Part shown: piece by piece, positions 12,201 to 25,097 of the stretch | Layout of the letters: every line of letters begins with the position of its first letter | Numbering within the stretch: the stretch's first letter is position 1 | Translations under genes and position numbers: made by a program | Assembly: GCA_021613535.1 (NCBI GenBank) | Contig: CP075497.1 | Location: 10,726,001 to 10,790,000, forward strand | Origin: Adineta vaga | Taxonomy: Eukaryota > Animalia > Rotifera | DNA length: 64,000 nt | Reading direction: 5' to 3' | Notes under the pieces: model-generated | Told to the model about the DNA's origin: nothing | Seen by the model: only the letters and a program-made list of their open reading frames with translations | Databases searched by the model: none

Positions 12201-15200
12201 TGAACTCTTCAACGCTAATATAACATTCAATAATGTTTGAGATGAAGATCGTATCAATGCATGAGCCATAAAACCTGATGCTGCTTCTTTGCGACCTTCT
12301 TGAAAAATTTCAATGACCTATTTTTACAAATCCATCAATTACATATCTCTCGCTACAAATGAACTAACATACCGCAATGAGTAAATCACCGATCTGTTGA
12401 AGATATTCATTATCAAAAATTACAAACCATTTCGATCTAAACGAAAAGTTTGAAGAAGAAGAAGAAAACAAATTTGAAATTGTTTACTTTGTCGTCATTT
12501 GATGTAAAGCATCAATGGCTCCAGTGATTAATGTTAACTTTGAAAATGTATGACTACTACTTTGTTTAATATAGTTTAGAATATTTGTAAAAAGTTTTTC
12601 AGTAAAAAATTCACAAGTCACTGTCGAATGTGAATAAAATGATGTCAGAAATCGAAATAATTTCTTCAACAAATCTCTGAAAATGAAGTGTAAACAAATG
12701 TAGTTTGTTATGAACTATCAGAAAAATATACCGTTTTGTTTGTCTCATTTCACCAAAATCTTTATTTGTTGCCATAAGCGATAGAAATGGATTTAATAGT
12801 ATATGTTTGAACCAATCAAAGAATAGATGATCATTGTTTTTCATTGATAAATGTAAACCATATGAGATTTGTTCGAGAAGTTCAAAAACAGATTGAAGAA
12901 GTTTTTCATCTTGACACGATGATGGAACAATTTTGAAATATCTAAATAATATTTCCTTTTTGAAATTCGAAAGTTTCTCATTGATGTTCTTACTTATCAA
13001 GTATTGCTCCTAATTGATTAAAATCTATCAGATGAACATTATCATGAGTGACAAGTAGGAGAAGACATCGAATTGCGTTCAATGTTTCAATAACTGATTC
13101 ATGATTATTTGATTCATTTAATAAATTGAATTGTAAACGAATTGTTCGTCGTGTATAAGTTAATGAAAAACATTTTTGATCATTTTCATTCAAAATCATA
13201 TTATTTTGAAAACTAAAAATCAACAGAAATGATTCGATTAATAAAATCTTTGGAAACATACTCGACTTGATCATCATTATTGAATGATGTTGTGTCCATA
13301 TCTTGACTAATTGTTGAGCATTTCCATGCCATAATGTATTCCAAACAAAACGAAATTTTTGTTGAACAATTGATTCACGTAATGGATCAGGACGATTTAA
13401 TGAGGTTGTAATTATTGATGAAGTGGATGTTTGAATTGGAAGACGAATTGAAAATTGAAAACTATGAGAGAGAGAGAACAATGAATAATGAATGAAGAAT
13501 TTCATGATCAGCTACTTTTTAGCAAGAAGATAATCAATAGAAAATGTTTGTTGTTGAAATTCTTGCTCAGTTATTGATTTATTATGTAAAGTACGATCAA
13601 ATAGAAGTAAGATCAATGCATGAGTGAGATTTGAAACTGTTTCAAGATCACTATGACAACAAACAGTCGCTAAATATAAAGAAAATTGAAATCAAAATAT
13701 GAGAAAGTGTTTTCATGATCTGTTGTTACTTTTGAACAAAAGTTTCAATAAATCATTGTCTAATGAGAATTTCTTTTGTAGATTTCGATTGTATTGAATT
13801 AATAATCGAATAATTTTGGTACAGGCTGGAATTGTTGATGTGTAATCAGTCTAAAGAACAAGAGTACATCGAAACTTACATCTTTATTTTATTACTTACT
13901 GAACAAACAAGATCATCACGTTTAACATTTAATCTTAATTCTTCGAATATTCGTTCCAAACCACCATGATTGAGAAATGATGAATGCAATGATGGATCCG
14001 TTAACATCGAAGCCATCTGTTCTAATGCAGATTTACGAACATTCGCTTCGATTTTGTTTCGATCAGTAAATATTGTATAAACGCGAAGAAAACTTTCGAC
14101 CTAAAAAATGAAAGGCAATTGTTGAATTCATGTATTGTTCTTCGAACGTAAGGAAAGACTTACATTGATGTATTCTTTAGTGAGAATTTCTGCATTGTTT
14201 GTTGAATGTGCAGTTATGAATAGATCAAATAATTTATCAGCTGGATAGAATTGATAGAAATCATCCAGACGAACACGTGTATTTGATAATAAATAACCAA
14301 CACATTGACGATAACCCGTTTTTCTAACACTAAATCAACAACAATCAATTACTAAAAGTTTTCTTCTGTTATTTTCTCAATTTTTACTCTTTATCTTTTG
14401 AGAATAAATATCGTAGTGATGCTTGTAAACGTTGATTTAAAGTTAACAAACATTCCTTTTCTCTTTCCGTATCTGATGATAGAGCCAAAATACATTGACC
14501 AAGTGGATCAATTTTACTTGCATAACACTAAAAACATACACATGTTAGGATCATCTTTTCGGCTAGAAAAAAAGATTGATTCTACTTGTAATTGTGGTAG
14601 AATAACAGCGATAATACTCATGAGATTATTCCAAAAGTCATTTGATACGAATAATTTTGATTGGAGTAAATGAAGAAGAATCAATCGAGAATAGTCCGAA
14701 ACCTTTATATTCAATTTAATAAATCTTTATGTCAATAAAACATCATCACTTACTTTCGTTGCTAAATCATTGATTCCATTAACACATAATTCTGTTAAAA
14801 TTCGAATATTCAATACAAATTGTATATCATCATAATTTACAGCAATAGTCGAACTTTTCTTTGATTTATTTGTTTTAACCGTCTCTTCTACTGACAAACG
14901 ACTCTGAAAAAAAATCTTTCTTTTTGTCTTCAAATCACATTCGATATGAGGTTACCACCTACCGCAACAAGCATGGCAATTGAACAATAAACTGATGAAC
15001 GAATTTCAGCTAATTCATGTGTCATATATTTGATTAATATATCAATGGAATAAATCTTTTCTGATGTATCACAATGTGAATTATTCGTCGAACTAAAAAT
15101 CAAGCATTGAATTCATATTTGTTGTGTTTATCCTTACATTTTCGAACAGATGTTAACAAATCGTTTGATAACATTGAAATTTAAGTGATATGGTAAACCT

Positions 15201-17559
15201 AACAATGCTTCATCAGCATTCTTTACAATAGTAACAAAATTCTAAATAAATTTAAAAGATTGATCATTTAGGTGTTTTTCTTTTTCATTTTGTGAAATTA
15301 TCTACTTGATTTTTATTTTCATCAAGAGTCAATATTTGACATGCAGCAGCAAATGAACCACAAACTTCATTGGATTTCAGATAAACTTGATAATTATCTG
15401 TATCAAATTTTTGTGCAATTGTTAATAGACGTTCTCGTATATGTGGATACGATAAATTAAAACATTCATCCATCAAAATATAATAAACTAATTCATTGAA
15501 TTCAGGTGGTAATTGATTCACAATCTAATCAAATCTTCGATTGACAAAAAAATGAAACGAACGATGACAATTGATTACCTCATCTGACCATTCGATTGTA
15601 TGTAGAAGTGTTGAAAACACATGTAAACTATGAATATATATTGTTCGACTTTGAAATGTATAACCATTTGTAATCTGTTGTTTGACTAAGGAATGTAAAC
15701 GATAGAATAAAACTGAATAGTATTCAAACTAAATGAAGAAGCAAAAAAAACATGTTCTTTTATTTAGTCTCTGTGAAGATTCCATACATTCATCAATCCA
15801 TAGTTATGTTTAACGAATAGATCAATAATTTGACAGATGGAATTATTTAATTGTAAACATGTATGAAGACAATCTTTTAATGTTAATCGACGTAATAAAT
15901 CAAATGTTCCTGTTAATATTGTATAACAAAAATCTAGTATATCAAATGATGATGGAGGATCTAATTGAGGTGATTCATCATATTTTAAAGACCTATTGAA
16001 ATATGAAATGATGAGAATTTTGAGCAAGAAAATATGTTACCATTGAGAAGGATGACGATAACCATTTGATGTAGCTGAATTAATTGAAGAAACAGATCGA
16101 GCACTATTGATTGTATTATTAAAATCATCATGAATTTGTTCTTTTGTATTATCTAAATAGATGATGAAAAAAACAATCGGTATGTTGAATAAAAAGTTTC
16201 TTGTACAGAATTTATCATACCTGAATGTAAATCAAGATTAGGACAAAAACAAGCTGGATCACGTAAGATTTTAATTCGTCTTTGTAAATGATTTGCATAA
16301 TCTTTCAAACATGAAAGTGATGCTTTGATTAGATCTTCGTCATTTTCATTGATTAAACCAAGTAAACGCTAAATAAAACAAACAATAACGATAATCCTGT
16401 GAAAATTTCCATAAACAAAGCAAGAGAACTTACCTTGAGAATAAAAGATCTTTGTAAGAAAAGTTCTGCAGGAAAATCATTGAGTACGACATTCGAGAGA
16501 AAATGACAATGACTTATAACAGTTGAAATATCATCTCGTGATAAAAGTGCACTAAACAAATCAATGAATTGAATTTCTATTCATTCGATCAAAGTTACTT
16601 TTCTAAATTTGTAAGAACAGTTCGATCAGATTGTGTTAAATTAATCATTGGAAATAAAGTTATAAATTGACAAGCTGATTGATTTTGATGATCTAAAGAA
16701 AAAATTTATGTTTCGAAAAATTCGAGAGGGGAGTAAACAATAATTTTTGTGTCGCTTACCTCCAAATGTTGATAGAAGATCAGAAACTGATGGTGCAGTA
16801 ATTTTTAGTATTCCTCGAGTGCCTGATTGATTGGACACTGATTGGGATCGACTACTCATTGAATCATATCGACGTGATGATAATTCAGGTTGCTGTTGGC
16901 TTAAATTCAGTAATGGTAATTGAAACATTGTCGAAGTGTCCGATTCTGATTGAGTATTTGTTCTTAAAAGTTGACATGAAGCTAAAAAATAATCATTAAT
17001 GAACATTCATAATAAAAATAAATCATGTTCCTTACTTGAACTTGCTCGACTTATATTCGAGACTGATTGCGTAATAAAATGTTGAGAAAGAATATTGTCA
17101 AGAATTTGATCAACACGTCGTTCAAGTTCTGGTGTTAAGTCAATTCTAAGGGCGTTAAAAAATTCCACTGCACCAATCGAATGAAGATTATATGCTGCTG
17201 ATTCATTCTAAAATTTAAATGAATATATAATTCTATCGATACAAAAACATGAAATATTGTATACTTTTGAAAGTTGTAAAACAATGTCGAGAACAACATC
17301 ACGTTTAGGAGGTAATGGAAAATTAAACCATTCAAGTAATTTTATATAAAGATATTTATATTGAAGTATATCGATATCAGAAACTAATTTTAAATCAAGT
17401 TTTCCTTGAAGATTTTCAAGTGCACGAAGACGAATTTCTTCAACAGGATGACCTAATGAAAAACCAAACATGAAACAATTCCAAAAGAAAATACTTTCTT
17501 ATTTTACCTAATTTTGAGATTAAAGCTGAGAATGATTTATCAAAATCATCTTCAGGCAT
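9268..17559 (-). CDS. RTTN: Rotatin (centriole/basal-body ARM-repeat protein), roughly 30 or more exons
   Basis: N-terminal KLGHPVEEIRLRALENLQGKL...KLLEWFNF and VVLNDFPAELFLQRS match the rotatin N-terminus. The C-terminus has ALLILRNLAFSSTHKARI and LTALWALVVDAQKAKVAVRS. Confidence 0.85.
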
Positions 17560-17969
17560 GATGATTTCAATTGAGAGGATTGATCTTTGTATGAAGTCGA
17601 TGACAATTCTTTTATTGGTTCGTCTTATTCCATCGATCTAATCGTTCTCTTGACAACGACCACATTCAACTAACGACATCTATAAAAAGACGAAATCTTA
17701 TCTATTTTCTCTATTTTGAATTCAAACATAACCTCATTGAAAATTTTCATCAACATTTCAAAATTAGTTCAGAATTTTTAGAGGTGTTTTATCGCAATCT
17801 GATTGGTACTGAACATATGTGTTTGTTTCTTCCTCTTCTTGTTTGTTTGTCTCTTCAAAAAAAACTTTTTTTCTCAAGATGATGTCATCCATGACTTATC
17901 GAAATTGATTTAAGATAATTACTATTGATTTCAAATCATTTGAAAACAAATTTTTTGATCATTTTCTAG
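17560..17969. promoter_or_regulatory. Putative bidirectional promoter/5' leader region between RTTN (-) and PFDN2 (+)
   Basis: Divergent start codons 410 bp apart; inferred from gene geometry only. Confidence 0.45.
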
Positions 17970-18461
17970 ATGGCTAGTAAAACAACGACATCAACTGGAA
18001 AGAAACCAGCATTAACTGCTGAAGAACAACAAAAAATTGTTTCAGGTTTCCAAGCATTGCGTGATGAACAAACTCAATTAGTACAAAAAACTCAAGATTT
18101 AGAAATGGATTTAAAAGAACATGATCTTGTTCTTTCAACATTATCAACAATAACGGATAAACAACGTCGTTGTTATCGAATGATTGGTGGTGTTCTTATT
18201 GAACATACTGTCGGAGAAGTTGTTCCAGCATTGCAAGCTAATCGTGAACAAATTCATAATGTTATTGAAAGTTTTAAACAGAAAACTGATGAAAAAGCGA
18301 AAGAATTAACTAATTATAAACAAAAATATGATATACATTTTTCGTATGAAAAACCAACACAACAACAACAAACATCCAAATCTGGTAATCAAAATTCAGA
18401 TTCGGGAACAACAAAGAAAGAACCACAGGATTCCGGTGTTTTAGTTGAAAAAGAGAATTAA
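17970..18461 (+). CDS. PFDN2: Prefoldin subunit 2
   Basis: Single-exon ORF with FQALRDEQ...DLKEHDLVLSTL...RRCYRMIGGVLIEHTVGEVVPALQANREQI. Confidence 0.93.
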   Translation: MASKTTTSTGKKPALTAEEQQKIVSGFQALRDEQTQLVQKTQDLEMDLKEHDLVLSTLSTITDKQRRCYRMIGGVLIEHTVGEVVPALQANREQIHNVIESFKQKTDEKAKELTNYKQKYDIHFSYEKPTQQQQTSKSGNQNSDSGTTKKEPQDSGVLVEKEN

Positions 18462-18622
18462 ACACCTTAAAAAGAAGCAGTCATGCTGTTTTTAGAATGA
18501 ACACTTTACTCTTTTTGTTATCGTTGTGTGATGTTTTCTCCATCTCTTGCGTTTTTTTTAGTACGGATCAAAATAAAAACGTTTGTTTTTTTTTCAGATC
18601 AGTTCTTTTTGTATAAGAACAG

Positions 18623-20317
18623 ATGAATGAACTATCAGATATGGATGAACTTCCTGTTGGATGGGAATTTGGACAGACAAGTGATGGACGAATATTTTAT
18701 ATAAATCATCAAACACAAATTACACAATGGGAACATCCGATCACGAAAAAAAAAGTGAAAATTATTCCAAAAGGTTTGTAGAGAATTAACTGAAAACAAA
18801 ATATTCGATTGTTTCGTTTCTTTTTTCTATTTTAGAATCCAGTGATAAAACTCTTCATGTCGAGTAAAATAAAGAAAAATGATATTATTAAATATAAGAA
18901 TATATTTTTACTTAGTGAACAAAATAAACGATTAACAATGGCAGATTCACGTCAAACATCAACGAAAGAATCGAATTTTACGTATGGACATCAATCGAAT
19001 GCATTACAAATTCTGTATGGATCTGATTTAACGAATAAAACAGCAATCGTCACGGGTGCTAATTCAGGCATAGGTAAATATCAGATGTGAAAAAAAGAAA
19101 CAAAAATGATAATGTTTGAATAGGTTTTGAAATCGCTCGTTCATTGGCAAAACATGGTTGTCAAGTGATATTAGCTTGTCGAAATATGACAAAAGGTGAA
19201 GCAGCTTGCTCAAAACTTCGTAAAGAAAAGGTAAGAGATTATCTTATTTACCTACGTCATTCTATTCGTTTGATATGAATCATCAGTAATAAGGACTTAG
19301 AATTTATTTTATTAAAACCTATCCATAATATATTTCAGGATGATATCAATGTTAGTTGTCGTAGACTTGATTTATGTTCATTACGTAATGTAAAACAATT
19401 CGCTGAACAATATCGACAAGACTCTCTGTAAGTATTTTCTTTAATCATTTCATTGAAATCAATTCTCTTCATACATTTTCTATTTAGACCATTACATTTT
19501 CTTATTTTAAATGCTGGTGTTTTAAATCCAAGATTTAAATTAACTGAAGATGGTTATGAAGAAATGTTTCAAGTTAATTATTTGTCACAAGCTTATCTTA
19601 CTGCTGGATTATTATCATCTATGATATTAACAAAAAGTGATCAACCACCACGTATAATTGCAATTAGTTGTGAATCACATCGAATAGAGTAAAGATAATC
19701 AATTTAAAGTTTGTTTGTTTTTTTTTCATGAGATTTTACTCATTTTAGAAGTCCCGGAATTTCAATCCTTAATGGAATTGTTACTGATCGATTAAGTCCA
19801 CGTTCACCGCAACATTTCGATCATCTCTTAGCCTATGGTCAATCGAAACTTTGTCTAATTATGTTCATTGCAGAATTTCGACGAAGTTATCCACGTTTGT
19901 TTCATAAATTGACTCCAATTTTTTATTTTGATTTAATATTTCATTTTTTTTAGAAATTCATTCAGTTGCTTGTCATCCAGGCAATGCAATCAATTCAAAT
20001 TTAACTCGTCATTCGTATCTCTATCAATTTCTTATTTTACTTACCCGTCCATTTGCTAAATCTATGGTAAAATTTCTATTTCGATGAAATGACTACTTTT
20101 CATTTCGTCTTTATTCTTTTAGCAACAAGCAGCTGCTACACCGATTTATTGTGCCATAATGAAACGTGTTTTGAATGAACAAACCATTTATTATAATAAC
20201 TGTGATGAAGGTTATCCATCTTCATTTGTTTATAATAACAAATTAACAGAAGATCTATGGATTCAAACTCAAACATTGATTGAATTAGCTTTCAAAAAAC
20301 AACCTTTAATTGTTTAA
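18623..20317 (+). CDS. WWOX: WW domain-containing oxidoreductase (WW + SDR)
   Basis: WW domain DELPVGWEFGQTSDGRIFYINHQTQITQWEHP, followed by SDR motifs TAIVTGANSGIGFEIARSLA, LILNAGV, catalytic YGQSK and ACHPGN. Confidence 0.88.
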
Positions 20318-20575
20318 ATCTTTTATTTTTTTGTCAGATTTTATTTTTATGCTATTATATAATACTAATACTAATATTAGTATCAAAGATAAATTTAGTT
20401 TTTTTTTGTTTTAGATTCCGAAAAATCTTCTTAACAAAATCATACAACATCATTTACTTTTTTATTTACTTCAGTTTCGATGTTTAAATGGTTAGAAAAT
20501 CATATTCAATTTATTTTTCCAAATTACATATCTCTTGATTTTAGTACGTATTGTTAACATATAGACGATATATCA

Positions 20576-23500
20576 ATGGACGAAAGTTCAGCAACGATTG
20601 CATTACCAACACGATTACGTAAACGTTCGATATCTTCTAATCATTCAACAAGTGATAATAATGGTCGAACTGCGTTAATCAAAACAAAAATTCAAAAAAT
20701 TGATGGACAATATAAAGCATCACAGACATATTCAATTCATCATGATGACCAAGAAGCGACTAGTGGTGATGATCAAGATGAACTGTTAATTGTTGCAACA
20801 AAACCACCATTAATTCAAGATAGTTCAAAATATCGCATTCGACAAGATATTTTTGATGAAGAAGCGAACGATGATCAACAATCGAATTCATCATCATTGG
20901 ATGATTCACCTATTCATCGATCAAAATTGCCATCATCACCAATTAGATCGACTAAAATTACAATTCCAAAACCAGTTTTATCTTTAAATGATAATAGAAA
21001 TGAAATTTCTAATAAGATATCAACTGATACATTAACTATGTCAACAGAATCTTCAAATCCGTCATTTAGTGAAGAAAATCTTCAAGAAGACTCTGTTCAA
21101 CAACGATCAAAGTCAATGAAAAAATCGAATGTTATTAAATCAATTGTATCGAATAGTTCAAGTGCAATAGCTATCGAACAAAATTCAACTCTGTAATTAT
21201 CTTCGTTTCTTCTTCTGTTTGATAATTATTTATGTGTAATTCTACTTTTTCAGTGATTCAACCAATCAACAATCATCTTCGCCAATCAATTCCTTAATTG
21301 ATGAGAGTCATTCGATGACACCTACTGATGATAATGTACCGACTAATAAATCATCTCAAATCGCGAATGAACAATCAAAAGTAAAGGTACGATTGAAAAC
21401 AATTCCTCCTTCGCCGCAAACAAAAAAGACTACTAAACCAATCACAACAACCACTACTCCTATTTCTAAAACATCAAAATCTGTCGAGCAGAAACCAATA
21501 AAAAAGTATGAACACAATCAACACGTTACTTTTTCTATTCAATGTTTTTCTTCGTTAGACCTTTAGCTCAACAAAAAGAAACAGTGATTCCTCCGAAAAA
21601 ACCGACACAAACGATTACACCGAAGAAACCTTTGAAAACTCCAATCAATAAACCATCCTCAACTACTAACAACAGTGAAAAGCCATCTGTTCGACCTGCT
21701 TCTGTGACACCTTCGTCCAAACCAATAGAAAAGAAATCGTCAGATATTTCAAAAACATCATCTAAGAAATCAGCTGAATCAACACCAGTGAAAAAACCAC
21801 CGGTCGCACTAGGAAAAATTCCAAAACTAAATCTAACTAATAAACTAAAATTGACAGACAAACCAACAGCATCAAAAAGTCTTACTGATGCAAAACCCGA
21901 TCTTTTAACTTCAAACAGTACTCCTACGAATACCAAAGAATCGAATATAGCAGAGAAGAATCCTCCTAAAATCCCACAATCTTCTCCAAAACGTCATTCA
22001 ACACCACCACCATCTCAGCCACTGCCACCGCAACAATCATCATTACCTCCACCCCGACCAAATCGACCAATTCAACATTTTATTGATGATTTTGATCCAT
22101 TTGTTTCATCACAACCATCAGATTTAGATAGTCATAGCAATAAATCTATTTCCAAACCACCAATTGCATTTAATCAACGTTATCCACCATTACTCGATAC
22201 TAATCCACGTGCGACATCCACATTTTCTCGTACTGGCTCAGTTGGTCGTGAAAATAATCAATCTCAATCACCTCTATCACCAGTAAAAAATCTTTCTTTT
22301 GTAACACAACAAAACAAAGTATTTCTACATATTTTTCTAATATAAATTTAGGGTCCAACATCAACGTTGTATCCTCCGCCATCTCCGCCTTTGGTACCAC
22401 CACCTTTATCTCGATCAATTCCACCATTGACGAAACCATTAAATGATTCTCGTTACAATCAACTTCCTATACGAGCAAGTTCTTCCACAAATTCAATCAA
22501 TACACAATCAATATCATCCTTATTTCCTAATAATTTTCAAGATCCTTGGGTAACTAAAAAATCTGTTAATATATGGGATTCAGCATCATCTGAAGAAGAA
22601 CAAGAGGATGATTCTAATGCTCGACGATTTTTTCATCAGAATATGCGAGCTGTTGATGAAGAATTATCAAAAATTGATGAACCACAATCAATGACTCCGC
22701 CTCAGCCAATAGATAGTCGAACTGAGCAACTATTAAAACGTCAGAAAAAAGCGTCATTAGGCATGGCTTCCAATGGTGGGACACATGAAGAAAATATTAT
22801 TGAAGCATCAGCATCTGTCGATGATTTTGAATGTGTTGCAATGGATATTGATAGTCCAAAACATCGAACACAATCAGAAAGCAGTGAAAATAATCATACA
22901 ACTGTAGAAACAAGTAATAGTAAAAATACAATGAATGGAACAGGTTTGTTGACTACAGTTTCATATCAGGTGATTTTATCGAATTTTTTTAATATTGTTA
23001 TTTCTAGCTGTTTCCAAAATCGCTGAGTTAACAACAACAACAATAACTGCTTCGTCGGTAGATACAAGCAAGAAATTGACATCGACAAATCGTCCTTTGA
23101 AAGCAGCTTCGATGACATTGATGGATGAATTAAAAAATTCCGTAAATCCATCATTTTCATCGAAACAACCCGTTCTCTCACCTCCTAGTCGTTCATTAAC
23201 TCGTTCAAGGTCACGTTCGAGGACGCGTTCTCGGTCTCGATCTCGATCCCGTACACATTCTCGATCTCGGTCTCGTTCACGATCTCGGGTACGATCTCGT
23301 ACACGATCACGGTCTCGTTCTCGATCGCGATCTCGAACTTCATCATCATCATCTTCGTCATCCTTACATAAACGTCATAGTCGAAGTCGACATCGATCAT
23401 CAAAACGACGTTCAAATAAACAACATCAACGACGTCGTTCTTCTAGTTATCATGATGAGAAAGAACTAAATGAAAATAACAATACAAATTATCCATCATC

Positions 23501-24408
23501 AATGGTGCATTATCCACCACATCACCATCAACATCATCCTCATCATCAACAACAACCAACATGGCCAACGAATAGGCAAACGACTGGCGGTCTACTCTCT
23601 GGACCACCACCATTGCCACCTTATGGACATCAACAACCTCCGGTACCACCACTTTTACCTAATCATCCATATTATCCACCATCGAATCGATCATTAATGC
23701 ACTCAGGTGAACCACCCAATGGTGGTGGCGGTGCGGGTGGTCGATTTAATTTTCCACACAATCCGCATCAACGAAATCATCCACCTCTTATGCATCCTTC
23801 TTATTATTCACAAGGACCACCACAACCATTAATGCAATCAGCGTCACGTAGTCATCATCAGCATCCCATGAATCGATTTCCTGGACCACCTAGACCATAC
23901 GATATGCCACCTCATCCAATGCCTATGCCAAATGTTGGGCCACATCCGTCAAATTCTAATTATAGTCAATACAAATATGAATCAGATGAGCATGCAACGA
24001 TGAGACGAGGCGGTAAACGTGATGCAACAATGTCTGGAACAAATCCGAATAATAATCGTCGAACTGGACCTCATCAAAACGATTCGAATAGCCAGAAGAA
24101 AATGAGTAATCCAGATAGATCGAATTCCAAATCTTCTAGTAAATATCTAAATAATACAAATACAATTTATATCATTAATAATTTATCTATTTCTTTTTCT
24201 AGATCAACAAAACATGGATGAACCACATATGGAACGTAAACAATTATCAACACAATTTCATGAACGATCTTCTCATGGTGATGTAAACGAAGGTCAATCA
24301 TCGATATCTTCATCTTATGATAAGCAAACGATTTCTATAAATCCATCAAAAATAACTGATTCTCAAGATGATGAAGGCGAAGAAGGTGAAATAAGTGAAA
24401 GCGATTAA
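20576..24408 (+). CDS. Large intrinsically disordered Ser/Pro/Lys-rich protein with RS dipeptide domain and His/Pro-rich region
   Basis: Consecutive ORFs joined by short GT-AG introns (~21193-21253, 21506-21566, 22318-22351, 22969-23008, 24139-24202; approximate). RS tract at 23190-23337. No folded domain recognised. Confidence 0.75.
23188..23340 (+). repeat. Coding RS dipeptide repeat (degenerate CGATCT/CGTTCT hexamers)
   Basis: Translates to SRSLTRSRSRSRTRSRSRSRSRTHSRSRSRSRSRVRSRTRSRSRSRSRSRT. Confidence 0.9.
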
Positions 24409-25097
24409 AAATAAAATAAAATATTCAAGCACATATTTTTAATTCTTAATCGTGTTGGTCTTCTTGGTGTTACTCGTTCAGTTTCTTTATATATCTGTCA
24501 TTATTTTTCTTCTTTTGTACATATATATATCTCCTTTTTTTCTCGAACTAGACTACGAAACGATAAAAAAAACAAATAAACCGAGAGCATGCGCAATGAT
24601 TCGTACACATATTTTCGTTTATTACTTATTTAAAAGTATATCTACTCTTGCGCTTGTATTTTCTTTTTTCATCTTGATCAACAACAACAACAACAACAAC
24701 AATTCGATTTCTGTACGTGTTTCTCTGTTTTCTCAAACCGTTTTCTTTTTTTTATTTTGTTCGTGCTTTTTATTTCTATATCTGTTACGAAGTAGCATAA
24801 AGACAAAAACTGCAGATCTGTGTACTACTACTGGAATTTTTTTGTGTTTCATAGGTTAAAACAAACATATAAATGATGAATTCTTATATCTATATTTGCA
24901 TAATATTGTTATTTGTGCTTTCTTATGTTTACCTCGTTTACCTAATTGAAAGAAAAACCAAAAGCAGACAGAAAGACTGTGTTACACCGGTGTTAAAGGC
25001 AAATAGAAAACATACAGAAAATAAGGAAAAGGATTTGATAGCAAAAAAAGTCATCATAAGAAAATTGATATTCAAATGAAGATAAGAAGATGAATGT

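Noticed and set aside
21568-23697. Antisense and alternate-frame ORFs within the RS protein gene
   Set aside because: Shadows of repetitive codon usage in the real coding frame.
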